Position numbers and translations under genes: made by a program. Below, in pieces: positions 1 to 12,160 of a stretch of DNA of 64,000 nucleotides. This DNA is from Amoebophrya sp. A120. Its lineage: Eukaryota; Protista; Dinoflagellata. Numbering within the stretch: position 1 is the stretch's first letter; each line of letters opens with the position of its first letter. The stretch is from the NCBI GenBank assembly GCA_905178155.1, contig CAJINV010000004.1, positions 4,458,518 to 4,522,517 of the forward strand. The letters are read 5' to 3'. The notes under the pieces are model-generated. The model worked only from the letters and a program-made list of their open reading frames with translations, ran no database searches and was not told the DNA's origin.

Positions 1-3000
1 TGTTCTGTTTGGGAACATCAAAGAGCAGCGAGACGTCGTCAAAGAAGGAGCTCGCTTTCAACATCCGCTTCTCAAAAAATAGAACATAATTGTGACGAGC
101 AGCTTTCTTCTTGTTATGCAGCCCCAATATTTCCGCCCCGAAAAAAGCAGTTCGCAGAGTTCTTCAAACTCGATCTAGACACGATAGAGATCCACCAGCA
201 AGAGGCCGCGAAACACGGCAAGGCGGGCAGTTACCTGGTAAAAAGCTCGAAGGGCACCACTACGCACACCGGACGACCGCCGGGGGGGAAGAAGTTCAGC
301 ATCATACTCGAAGTGACGTTTCAACGGATTTTCCCGAATGGCGGAGTGCACTTGAATTTAGACAATGCAGATTTCGAAGATCGGGAGACGTTACTGTCGA
401 TACCCCCACGCTACGGGCATTGCGTATTTCCGCTCGAAGTGGAAAACGCCGAATTTTTGCAGCAAGAAGTCCTGTTGGAGAGAGAGCGACAGCAAGAGCA
501 CAGTAGGCTGTTGCGGAATAATGGTTGTACTGTGGGAGCAAGCTCTTCTGACCAAACGTCACAAGCTAGAGGTGCAACAACTACGCAGGAAGAACCAACA
601 CAAGTACCAGGAGCTGCCCCTACAACTACCCAGGTAGAACATCACCCTCAGCGGCATGGGCAAAGCAATAGCAACTCGAAAAACAACAGCAACCTCGAAA
701 GCAGCAATCCTGTTGTCATGGATAACGTCTCCCCTTGGTGGGAAGTCGCGGAGAACGACAAACTACACAGTATCCTGTGGAAAAGTATCGTACTCGTACT
801 AATCGCATTCATGCAATACAAGTTTTTTTCTCGTCAAGTTAAACCCGCATGACAAATTTTATTTCTCTTGCTGAGGAAATTTGTCATGTGATTTATACGT
901 AGTACGATGCTTTTGCATTTCATACACAGCCAGGCACGGCAAAAGCGTTCAAAACTCTTCATGGCGGTTTTAGGGGGCACCGACGGCTTCTCGGTTTTCA
1001 ACTCGCTGCAGCTTTTCGACGTCAGTGACAGCTGCTGGGTCCCGACCTCCTCCGGCGCGGCAGAGAATTTGTTCGGCAGAGGAGAGGAGACGGTGGAGCA
1101 GGCTTTGCCGATAGCGGTCGATGACAGTAGTAGAACTACTGGTAGAGCTACTGCAAGAACGTCATCCGAGAGTGATTCATCTTCCACGGGCGAAGACCAT
1201 CATGGTGCCAGGACCAATACAGCAAGAACCGACTCGACGACGTCACAAAACAAATTCTTACTGCGAAAGAACGCCAACGAATTCTTGGTCTCGGGGCACG
1301 TTTTCACGACCTGTGATGCGAGGAAGTACAGTACGAAAGTGAAGAAAAATAACATAGGAGCCACAGCTAGCGATGGAGATCATGGTGCAGGAGCTTTTGG
1401 TAAAAAGATAAACAGCCGTATGTCAGCAACTTTGGACAAGAACGTTTTCGTGTACTACAAACCCGGAACCTCGTATCCAAGAAAAAAACATTGTAGGTGT
1501 AACATTTTTGGAGGAACAGCATTACAAATTTGTCTGGCATGACAGCAAAAACCTGTCATGCGCAGATAGTACGTGAAAACTCCCTTTAATGGACCCTGCG
1601 ATGCATGCCAAGCATGACAGACGCAATCATCTTGCATGTTGAGCATCACTAATTTACACTAACAACGTTTTTTTCTTGGATACCTCGGTCCTCTTCATCG
1701 GCGAAGTCGCGGCGCGCATGTCCGCTCTGTACCGCGGACAAAAGTTTCTGTACGAGTATGCACTGCAAAAGTATCGTACTAGTAGTACTTGCAAGACAAA
1801 TTCGCTCAGCATGACAAATGAAATTTGTCATGCTGATTTGCCTTGGGAACCAGATTTGTAATGTATAATTGCGATTAGCATTAGGATTACTACGAGTACG
1901 ATACTTTTGCACAGGATAACGAGGTTACCTGGTTGAAAGTCGAGATTGACGGCGGAGAAGTATCAAAGGGAAAAATCCCCCCTCCCCATATCGAAACGAA
2001 GTTTCTGATGCTGGATTTGCGTACACAAATCAAGTCTGTCTTGCTGGAGAGGACTGCAGGCATATGCTAAGCCTGGGCCGAGGGGTTTTGACGTAGGGGA
2101 CTAGCATGACAGATGTCGGCTCTGTAAGCCCAACAGCATCACAAACCGCCGGCATAACGCGGCGGACTATCTGGCTTTGCCTTCTTGCAAGACAGACAGG
2201 ATTTGTGACCTCAAATCTGCATCACAAATTTTCAGACGAATGCGTTTTCAATATGGGGAGGGGGGATTTTTCCTCTCAATAAGAAGTTCCAAGGCCACTT
2301 GTTTCAACATCTTCCGCACAAGATCTGCAAGTAGATCAAGATGTTGTAATGATGAAAGCGATCATGGGGACAACTGATGCGCCGGACGATGGAAAAACGC
2401 AGCTACAAATCTGTGACCAAATAAGCAACAAATCCATCGAGGAGGCTGAAATTATGAGGCCGGACGGGCGGGTGGACAACAGGGATAAACAAACCAGTGC
2501 TCGTCCTCCTTCTTCGCGGGTCCATGTTCTTGACACTGTCGGGGACCTCCGTCGTGGTCCCTTCGATGAGCTACTCTTCGCTGGTTCAACTACATCTGCG
2601 CGAGCAGAGGCCCGAGAGCCTCCACCTAGAAAGAACGGAGAAGGGACAACTACACCAGCTGGAACTACTAACTCTACTCAAGTAGAACATGAACAACTAC
2701 ATCCGCCCTCGGCTAGTTGTAATACAACTCCTTTCATTGTTTGCGAGGGCGCCCTTTCGGGACACCTGTACACCTACCGGGGAGGACGACAAGCAGTTCA
2801 GGTAACCGCAGTTTTGCCTCCACGTACAGAAGAGGCGGAAGAAGAAGTTTATGAACCAGCTCGACACACTAACACTATGCGCGCTGGTGCTCATGGTCAA
2901 GAGAGAAGTTCTAGAACTAGAACAGGGTCCTCGTCTTCTCCAAAAGCTGGCGGAAGCTTGAAAATAAAACGGAAAGAGACGCCAATGTTGAAAAACAAGG

Positions 3001-6000
3001 ACACCAGAAATGTTAAACCCGCGCCACGTTTTGCCTATCTGCTGGCGAACACAGTGAGACAAAAGCTGCGTTTTCATTTCTACGAACGGTCCAAAGAAAG
3101 GTGGAAACGGTTTGTCACGAATACTACAGAGGAAAAAAGTACGATCACAGGCAGCGATCATGCCGGCAGCTGGTCTTGTCCACAAATAAGTGCATCAACA
3201 ACTCGGGGAGAAATCATCACACGCAATTTGCAAAGCGTGATGCGCAAGGAACACAACCCGGTGATCCGAATCAAACTGCACCAGTACGATACAGCTGCAG
3301 CAGCACGGCGTGTAGTATCCGTAGCTCAATCGGTAAGGCAAGCCACTGGAACTAGTGCAGCGTACGACCCGGCCGCTGATGTTTCCCTTTCTGAAAAGAA
3401 GCGCGAAGATCTATTTCACAAGTGCCGAAATAAGCCGGAGCTTGCAGCGGCCAGTCCCAGTTCGCTCATGGATGATGTAGAAAATAAAACTACGCCTGCT
3501 ACTACTGCAGCAGCCGGAAAGAAACTACACGGCGAGCCGCCCAATGAAGATCGCACCGTGACCACAAAGATAACGGCGGCGTCCAGAGCTGCAGCCCTTG
3601 ATAGGACGCAGAATGGAAGGAAAAAGAATGCCTCTGGTGCGAGGACTTTTGCCCTCCAGCCACCAACCGCTTTCCTCTCACTTCCCAACTACCGAAGAGT
3701 TCCTGCAGGCAATAAAGCGAAGATCTTCACGAGGAAGACAGAGCCTAGCATTATTGACGACCCCGAGGACCAGCACACGACAATTTCCGCGCTCGAGTGG
3801 TTGACGTTGCGAGCTACGGTAGTGAACAGCTCTTGTTTTCATAAAACGAGCTTAAAGCGAGCAGGAGCTGCTGCTGCCCGAGGAAATGTTGCAGATCATG
3901 ATCGCCAAGAACTTTCTTCACATGAAAACGCACTGGACTTCCAATCCGTTTGCAAGTTTCTGAACGTCATTCTGCCCAGTCTGCTATTGGAGTACACCGA
4001 ATACCCGTTCGACATTGGCTTGCTGTCCCTTCCTCCAGGCTCTTGCTCCACCAGTGTCCCTGGCATCTTCTCGCACCCCACCCGGGCGTTTGATGCGGAC
4101 TTGGAGTTTCGGCGAGCCGTGTTGAGCGACACAATATTGAAGCTACTGTTCGGCGATCCGCCGGTGGAGGAAAATTATTGGGGAAAACAACTGGATGGAA
4201 AACTGTCGGGAAAGGCGGAAAGTTACGAAAAAATTCATGAGCTGTATTTCGATAATTGTAGTTCTTCTTCTGGATCCGCAATCGAGATGTTGCACGGGGA
4301 CGAGCTGGACATACGAAATTTTGCAAGCAAGGACACTGAAAAAGTAAGGAATAGCTCGGAAGAACAAGGAGGACGAGGAGGCTCGGTTCTTTCCAGGAAA
4401 GATGAGGAAACGAAATTACGTCTACCGCAGAACACATCTTCATCCTCACGTTCCTTCAAGAAGAAGCTCCTTTTCCTACAACGCCGTCTGCTGGACAAAC
4501 CGAGGCCGTTGGTAGTGGACAGAATCAAAGATTTTCCGAAGAACATTAACCCACAAGAACCGGAACTACAAATGGAGGCCGAGCAGATCGGCTGTATCAT
4601 CCCGTCGAAGGAGGCGGGCACGGTTGTTGAGGGTAGGAGCAGCGCACCAACTACGACTGACGTTGCTGAAGATACTAAAAACCAAGCTCTGATGCTGCAA
4701 GGGGATCATGGAAAAAACACCTCTTCTAAACAAGCCGATATACTGCAGACCGCTGCAACTGATCCGGTGGCAGTAGCACATCAGCTCTCGCACAACTATC
4801 GTGATGAAAACACAGGAGCAGCTCATCCTGTTTCTCCCAGTCTTGGTGACTCTCATGGTCATGCGTCGAAAAATGATGAGAAAAGCGAGTTAGCAAGCGT
4901 CTCTGTCGGTGCTGGTGGTGCTGCTCCATCCTCTGGAAAGAACTACGGGTCTGGCGTGGAAAAAAATAATAACGCCGTGGGTTCTTCGTTGACCACCCCG
5001 GGAGATTCGGGTGCGCTGCTTCACGCCCCTGCCGATCCATCATCTGCAAATTGTAGAAGCGGAGCTGCTCCTGTTGCGCCGGAAATTGCTCCAAATAGTA
5101 TCAAATCAGACGAGAACAGCTGTCTAAAGGATCATAACGAGGACAGCCAGCAGGGAAGTACAACAAATGGAAAAACGGCCAACGTATCTGCTTCAACGAA
5201 CAGTGCCGCAGGAGATGACGCAGCTGTTCGCGTGGAACATCAAGATGACATTGACAACACGACGAAAATAAATCCTCCGCATCATCAACAAGCGAATAGT
5301 ACTTCCATCCAGGCCTCCTCCTCCGCGACGACATCCAACCCCTCTACAAACAAGCCAACGACAGCAACTACGTCAAAGGCCGTCGTGCAGCCGAAGCAGC
5401 AACCGAGGAAGCGGGAACACACGAACATGGTGAAGAAGCTTGCGAAAAAACAGAACAACAGCAAGGAGAAGCCAACTGCTACAGGGGCCGCGAATTTTAG
5501 TAGCACAATAGCAGGGGGAGCTGGAGCTACTACAACCGGTGGAAATAGTAATGACCACGGCGCATCATCTAGTAGTACTTCGGGAGCTGCAACATCTTCA
5601 AATAATCACCCACTTGATTCCGGCCCGGCAAAAGACTTGTTCGCGTTGCTGCAGAGAAAACGGGAGAAGGATGCAGAGAAGCTTTCACGGGAGAAGAAGC
5701 AAAGCAAGGCGGCGTTATTGGCGCAACAGCACGAGGAGGAGCGCTACCTGTTGCACGTCACCTGCAAAGGCGGGGAACCGGGGGCGCAATGTGGAGCTGG
5801 AAGCGTCGCAACTTCGGTACCAACAGGAACTACGGCAAATGGCAAAGATAAACCTAACTCTGCTAAAAGCAAATCGAAGTCCACTTCTAACACAACCACC
5901 TACGCTTCGTCATCCGCCTCTTCGTCCCCGGTAGACGATATAAATCTGGAGAATGTGCTAGACAACAACTTTTCATCAACATCTTCTACTTCACACAATC

Positions 6001-9000
6001 TTCAAGCGAACAAACGGGGGAAGGACAGTAAAAACGAAGCCGCTGGCTGCCCTACTAGCACTACTACTACACCATTGCAGCTGCTGAAACGCGATGAGAT
6101 TGCTGCTCCCGAAAGTATTAAACACGACCACGAGCAGCAGGAGAGAAGTACGAGCTGCGTACCAGGAACAAGCGATGACCACCAGCAGGGCAACGGATTG
6201 AACTACACGAGCAAGAGGTCGAAAACGAATGCGACTTCGGGCCGAGCCGTCGACACATCTTCTGCTGCGGGGCGACCGGAAGGAATAAACTTGGAGCCGC
6301 GCAGCGAGAAAGTAGAGAAACGACCTCTGGGCGTCGAGGCCCCCGTCTCGCCTTCATCTGCACGACCACCTGCTGGCGCTACGGCAGTTCTTGTCGGTCG
6401 CAATGGCAGCTTGATGTCCACGACGTCGATGCTGCTGAACACAACACCTGGGTGCAATGCTCCCACGGAGGCGCCGTTATCCTCTTCTTCGGGCGACGAA
6501 GATGGTTTCTCGAGCACGATGAAATTACAGCGTGAGGTCACCACGGATACCGTTCTCGGCGAGGACGAAGTTGATGCAGGAGCTGTGGCCGCACTATTGA
6601 ACAACGGTGGAGCAATTTCTTGTAATGACGCAGTCCATCCAGAGCCCCCTGGGCCTGCTTTGGAAAACACCAGCAGGAGGGACGACGCAACATCGACTTC
6701 TATTGAAATGAACGCTACATGCAAAGAACCCGATGTTCTCTCGTGTGTCGTGCTGGAGAGAAAGACGGACCGAGCAGTTGATCCGAATATGACAGCCTCA
6801 GGTTGGAAATCCTCAAAGTGGAAATAATTTGTAATGCAAAAAAACGACTCCAGTTGAAGCGCCATTTGTAGTCGGCGCATGACAAATTTCCTGGGCCCCT
6901 AAAGCATGTCTGTTATGCAGGTTAAGGCAAAGGGGTGCCCTTCTCTCGTGCTAAGCAGCACTCCAATTCTTCACCCCTAGCAGGACAATAGTCGGTCTCC
7001 ATTGTGTCCTCCGCAATACAGTCTTTTTTGCCTTGCATTTCATGCATCACAAATTATTCCCACTTTGAGGATTTCCATTCTGAGGCTTTCATACCGAAAC
7101 ACCTACAGTTGCAAGAGATGAAGAAAAAAAAGAACAGCAAGTCCACACCAAAGAAGAGCAACAAGGGTGCGAAGTCGACGACTTTAATAAGTGCCGCCTT
7201 GGAAGGAGGAGGAGCTACAGCTAGCGCGTCGAACGGAGACAAAAATAAGAAAAGCGCTATAAATACGTGCTGGAACAGTTATAACGGTTCTGTACACAAC
7301 GCGGTTAGAACACCTCAAGTCGCAGACCCTGCTGAGCAGCCGATGCGTCAAGTCGAAGCGTCTCCTCCTCCACTCGCAAAGAACCCTCCCTCCCGACCGC
7401 CACCGATGGCGCCACAAACAGAGGACTTGGCAACCTGTAGCACGACGACGAACACAGTGACCGGACCGAACGCGAGCTGCGACGGTGCGTCGTTATCTCG
7501 TCGAGGTGGAGGGCTACTTAGCGCGGCTTCCTCTTCCTCCAAGAATGCGCTCTTGGATGATGTGAGCACAAAGACTACAAACGAAGCTGCTACTTCTACT
7601 GAAGCTGCTACTTCTACTGTGCTAGCGAACACAATTTTCCAGCGTGACCAAATGAACAATAACAGCGAACGGCCACATAGCTGTGCTTCTACAACCCCAC
7701 CGCATCAACCTGCTCTTGCTCCACCTCCCCGGCCGATGCGCAGCCCGCCTCCGCGACCCAGCCCTCTTTTGTCCGTTTGCAGGGCCGCAGATGGTTCTAA
7801 CAATAGCATTTCTGCTACTTCTCCCAGGGCCACGCAGCTACTGCCTATGCCTTCGCCGTCCCCAAGCGGAAGCTTATGCATTGCAAAAATGTCTGGGTCT
7901 GGAAGATTCTAAACTTGTAAATGCTGTCTCTGGATTCTGAAAAAATTTGTATTGCATGACCAGCAAGAGGACTCCTCTTTGTGCTACGCGGAGAGGGCAT
8001 TTCTCATGCGGCAGAGGCATCACAAAGTCCTCCAAAAATCTGTGAAGCTAGGGCATGCATTACAGACATCATGGGTCATTCCAAATATGCATGACAAGCC
8101 TGGTAATCTTCCAGACCCAGACATTTTTGCATTCGATAAGGCTCGTCCTTGCCCGAAACCAGCCCGACCACCGCCGCGACCGTGTCAAAAGGCAGTTGTG
8201 TGATGGAGAACGAAAGCGCAGCCAAGGACCACACCGCAAAGATGAAAACTCATTCTGATTCTTCTCTGTTGGCGACATTGACGTCCTCCGCCCACGGAAC
8301 AACAACATCAAATGCCGCTTCTTCGCTCGAGCTCGTCCCGCAGATTCATGTTACTGCCAGGAGCGGTATCACAGGAAAAAGTGTTGTACGTTACCGGTTT
8401 TCATCACAGATTGCAGTCATGCATCACAAATGTACTTAGCCCAATACGCATGCTGTGCATGACAAATTCTGACACGTGTTGTGATGCATTGCTGCATCAC
8501 AAATTCCGTGTAACGTTAACACTTGTTCCTGTGATAAGCGGAACATCAACCGAAGTGGCGGTGGAGGCGGTAGTGAAGACCACGAGCAGTAGTAGTGCTG
8601 TTATGGGCGGGACTTCTACTAGTAGTTCCTCGTGTGTTGAACAACAAGTAGAGAACAACATCAAAGTCACATCTTCTACTTTAGTACAGGAGTTGTCTTC
8701 CTCTTCCCGGGACAAAGAATTTTTGAGGTCCCCGGCGGTGGTGGAAAACGAAAAGGAAATGCAACTGGAAAAGCAGCAGCAACAGCGAGAGGAAAAAAAC
8801 GCGCGGCCTGAAGTAGCAGCAGAAATACGAGGAGAAACAAATCAAACTGCGGAAGTACAACAACACGAACAACACCCGCTGTACCAGCAGTTGAACCAGT
8901 GGGACCCAGAACAGTTACGGAAGAACCTCGAGCTACTCAACAGCTTCCGCGAGCAGGGGGTTGATGTTGTTCTGGAAGCAGGCCCAGGCGAAGAGAATAT

Positions 9001-10800
9001 GATCGACGATGAAAACATAAACAATAATTTCCAAGACGACGTCGACTACGACGAGGAAATAAACACAACGGCCTTCGAAAGCGTTTCGTGCAAGACGCGG
9101 CAACACGGGAAGACGGCCTCGACCACGAACGAGCTGACCGGGGAGGTCGATATGTTGACGGTGGACTTGGTGTCCAACGAGGAAGTGGCCAGCACGTCGG
9201 TGGTCTTCAATACAACGAATGCGATAGAAGGGCATCAGCCTGCAAGTGCAGGAGGGGCCGCGACCCCACCGGCTCCGACACAGCAGCCGAACGTGGATGA
9301 AGAGTACCTAACCTATCCAGGAAAAAAATGCCCATCCACATCCAATTTGTCAATGCAAAACACGTATCAAGTCTTGCGTTTGTCATGCAAAAAATGCATG
9401 GGGATGGGTTTTTTTCTGTGGATATGACCAACATCTTTGGCGGGCGGGAAATCTTCGGGTTGGACGCCCCCACCAGCGGGTTTGTGTTTGGGGACACAAA
9501 AGAGGAGGAGAAATTGGTGCAGGCGCAGCGGAAGAAGGTTCTGGATTTGAACATGGTGGAGATGGAGGATTTTGACAAAACGAGCCTGGACCAGAAAAAC
9601 GGAATCTTTCCCCCGAGCACCACGGCCGCGAGACGGAATAAAATCTCGCTAGCGGATTTGTTTCTTGACGTCAATAGTTGTGCCGCTAGTACTTCTAGTA
9701 GTAGTTCTACTGCGGAACTACAGCGCGAGGTGGTAGAGCAACCTAATAATCAGCAACTGCCAGCACGTGAATCAACAGGAGCAAGAGCTACATGTGTCGC
9801 GACGCAACAACACCATCTGAGATCGGCCACAGCCCCCACAGCGGCGAGTAGCAGTGCGGTTTTGGTTTCTAGCACTAACGGGATATCAAACACTTGTAAC
9901 AGCAGCAGGCGAGGTGTCACTTCCACTGCCGCGATGAATGCAGGGATGAACAGCTGCGGAAATAGATCTAGTTCTAGCAGCAGTAGCAGCTCTGGAGTCG
10001 CCGGGAAAGGTAATAATTTGATGAGCAACGGGAAGGGGAACAACGGCCTGCTTGCTGGGAATAACAATATGGCAGGAACAAGTAACAACGGAAAAAACAG
10101 CAATGGGGGCTCTGCTTTTGGAGGTGCAGCAGCAGGAGCTCATGGAGCAGGTCACCATGCTAGTTCTGCTGGCGTTAGTCACCAGCACCAGCAGTTTCCA
10201 GGGGGAAAAACCGGATGGATGCCGAGTTGTAGCACCAATACCAAAACAGCGCCAACTACCATAGGGACGAGCAGGGTGGCGGCTGTGCAGCACCAGCAGC
10301 ACCTGCAACACCGCATGCGGAATCGGCAGCATCATCACGTTGGCGCTCCCGGAGGTGGTGGTGTTCTTCCTGTTCAGCACAACCAAAATCCTGCGAAAGT
10401 ACTACACCACGGGGGTGCAGGGGCTGCGACGGGAGTTCATCATCGGGTGAACCCGATGGGAGGTAACAGCACGAACAACAACAATTACGGAGGTGGAGGG
10501 CCGCAACAGTTATTTCGGACCAACAGCAATCTGACTGCTCCACACCTTGTGCATCACCAGCATCAGGCACAACAAGCTCCTGCTCACAATCAGCACCAGA
10601 ATATTAGAGCAAGTACTTTCAGCAATTACAACACTCGCATGATTTCAAAAAATCGGGACGAGCGGATTGGAAACTTGATTGACGAAATGGTTTTGTCGGA
10701 CGATGAAAGTATTCCGCCGCCACCGGCGTCGGACGTGTTTTCCAGTCTCTCGACATCCCCACCACCGCCGCCACCACCGCCGGATGACTCTTTTTTCTGA
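1..10800 (+). CDS. Very large (~3,000 aa) low-complexity protein with Kelch-like motifs; 5' end lies outside the window; 8 introner introns
   Basis: Frame 1 is open from base 1. Removing the elements at 771, 1474, 1757, 1961, 6788, 7875, 8367 and 9314 (each plus one TSD copy) joins ORFs 313, 907, 1676, 2349, 7004, 8149, 8312 and 9328 into one frame ending at TGA 10798-10800. Kelch-like segments: LFMAVLGGTDGFSVFNSLQLFDVSDSCW and TWLKVEIDGGEVPRP. Function is weakly supported. Confidence 0.75.
771..924. mobile_element. Introner family A (TIR TATnnnnTGCAAAAGTATCGTACTnGTA)
   Basis: TSD CACAG at 766-770 and 925-929; removal gives KLHSQARQ. Confidence 0.92.
1474..1682. mobile_element. Introner, family F-related (TIR TATCCAAGAAAAAAAC)
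   Basis: TSD CCTCG; removal gives KPGTSVLFIG. Confidence 0.92.
1757..1918. mobile_element. Introner family A, opposite orientation to 771
   Basis: TSD ACGAG; ends GCACAGGATA; removal gives FLYEVTWLK. Confidence 0.92.
1961..2281. mobile_element. Introner, family D-related (C-run/G-run TIR)
   Basis: GGAAAAATCCCCCCTCCCCATA ... TATGGGGAGGGGGGATTTTTCC; TSD AGAAG; removal gives GGEVPRP in frame with ORF 2349. Confidence 0.92.
6788..7093. mobile_element. Introner, family E-related (TIR TATGAnAGCCTCAG...GGAAATCCTCAAAGTGG)
   Basis: TSD CCGAA; removal gives VDPKHLQLQE. Confidence 0.92.
7875..8138. mobile_element. Introner family B (TIR TATnnnnTGCAAAAATGTCTGGGTCTGGAA)
   Basis: TSD AAGCT/AGGCT (1 mismatch); removal gives SGSSSLPET. 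Confidence 0.9.
8367..8536. mobile_element. Introner family F (TIR TATCACAGGAAnAAGTGTT..ACGTTAC)
   Basis: TSD AGCGG; removal gives ARSGTSTE. Confidence 0.92.
9314..9424. mobile_element. Introner family C (~110 nt, TIR TATCCAnnnAAAAAA..CCATCC)
   Basis: TSD TAACC/TGACC; removal gives EYLTNIFGG. Confidence 0.9.
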
Positions 10801-11981
10801 GGAACTACGATGGCACTGATTGTTTTGATGGCATGGGCTCACCAGTTTTTCAAGCAAGACCAAGGAATGAGGTAGGGACCATCGCTTCGTTTTGATGCGT
10901 TTAGATGAAATTATTCTTAGCATACTTAGCTTATATTGGCTGCGCGATTTTATACAGGTCATTTGGTATTGGAACTTCAACTTCTGCGACAACTTTATTC
11001 AGATATTTTTGCTCTGGCATTGTACCAATAAGCAAGATGTGGCGGACGCGGGCCACCCATTTATTATTTTCAGGGTCGTTTATATCTTTATACTTTTTTC
11101 TTGATTTAGATTTATAGATACTTTTTCTACTTTTTCTGATAGTCTCAGGACGACAATGAGAAACAACTTGGTCGAAGTGGTTTATCAACCAGGTTGTCGT
11201 ATCATACCGCATAGATTTTGCAGCTTCTTCGACAAATTGGAAATACTGCACCGGACGCGAGGAGCTCGTCTCCTGCTTTGGGGAAGGTCCGTACTCATGA
11301 CGTCGATTCTTTGGGGACGCAAGCAGATTTTTTACCAAGCTTCGATGAGAAAATCAGTATGCCGTAGATCAGCTCGTCCCTCGTCTCCCTCGCCAACCTC
11401 CAAAAAATCAAAATCTCTACTTGATGAGGGATTTCACGAATCACAAAAAGAAATCGATAAATAAAAACAAAATTAACCATCCCACTGCCAAGCATAGACC
11501 ACGGTACAGGACCTATCTGCAGACCACGACGTGGCGACGTGACTGTATCGTCAGTAATCAAGAATAGCGACTGCGATTTAGACGAAACCCCGTGGTTGAT
11601 TGAAGAAAGCTTGAAACTCGTGTCAGATGAAGCTCGGTCGTTGTCGTTCTTTTTCATTTCAATATAGCAATCGAGAAAATAAATTTACTTTACGCTTCGG
11701 TCATTCGAGATTTTCCCTTCTATGCACTCGGTTGATGGTCGTCGTAATTTTTCAACACTCGCGATGGAGATGTCGGTTGGAATCGTGTCTTTTTGGAAAA
11801 TGCTACGGCGAATCGGTCGCATATGGAAGTTTTTCTGCGAATGATCGTCCTGGTCGATCATGAAAGTTGTTGCATGACGCTGATGAATTTCCCGTGATGA
11901 CGAGCCAACCACTTCCACAGCTTTTAAATCTCCACTAAAGTTCTTCCACCACCCCTGCAGAAGTGTATTTGAAATTTTAGA

Positions 11982-12021
11982 ATTTTCGACTCCGTAGCCG
12001 TATTTTCGACCCCGTAGCCGT
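11982..12021 (+). repeat. Tandem 2 x 20-nt repeat ATTTTCGACyCCGTAGCCGT upstream of the cytochrome b5 gene
   Basis: Directly visible; one mismatch between the copies. Confidence 0.8.
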
Positions 12022-12160
12022 ACAAAATTTTCGATTTCAGCATTTGAACATCTGTATTGCGTTGCAACGCGCTGCCGCTGCCGTTGACAAGTTCTAGCTA
12101 TTTTCTTCTTCCGTACTTAGTAATTCACCGTTAAGGTTAACCACCAACCGAGGCAGCAAC

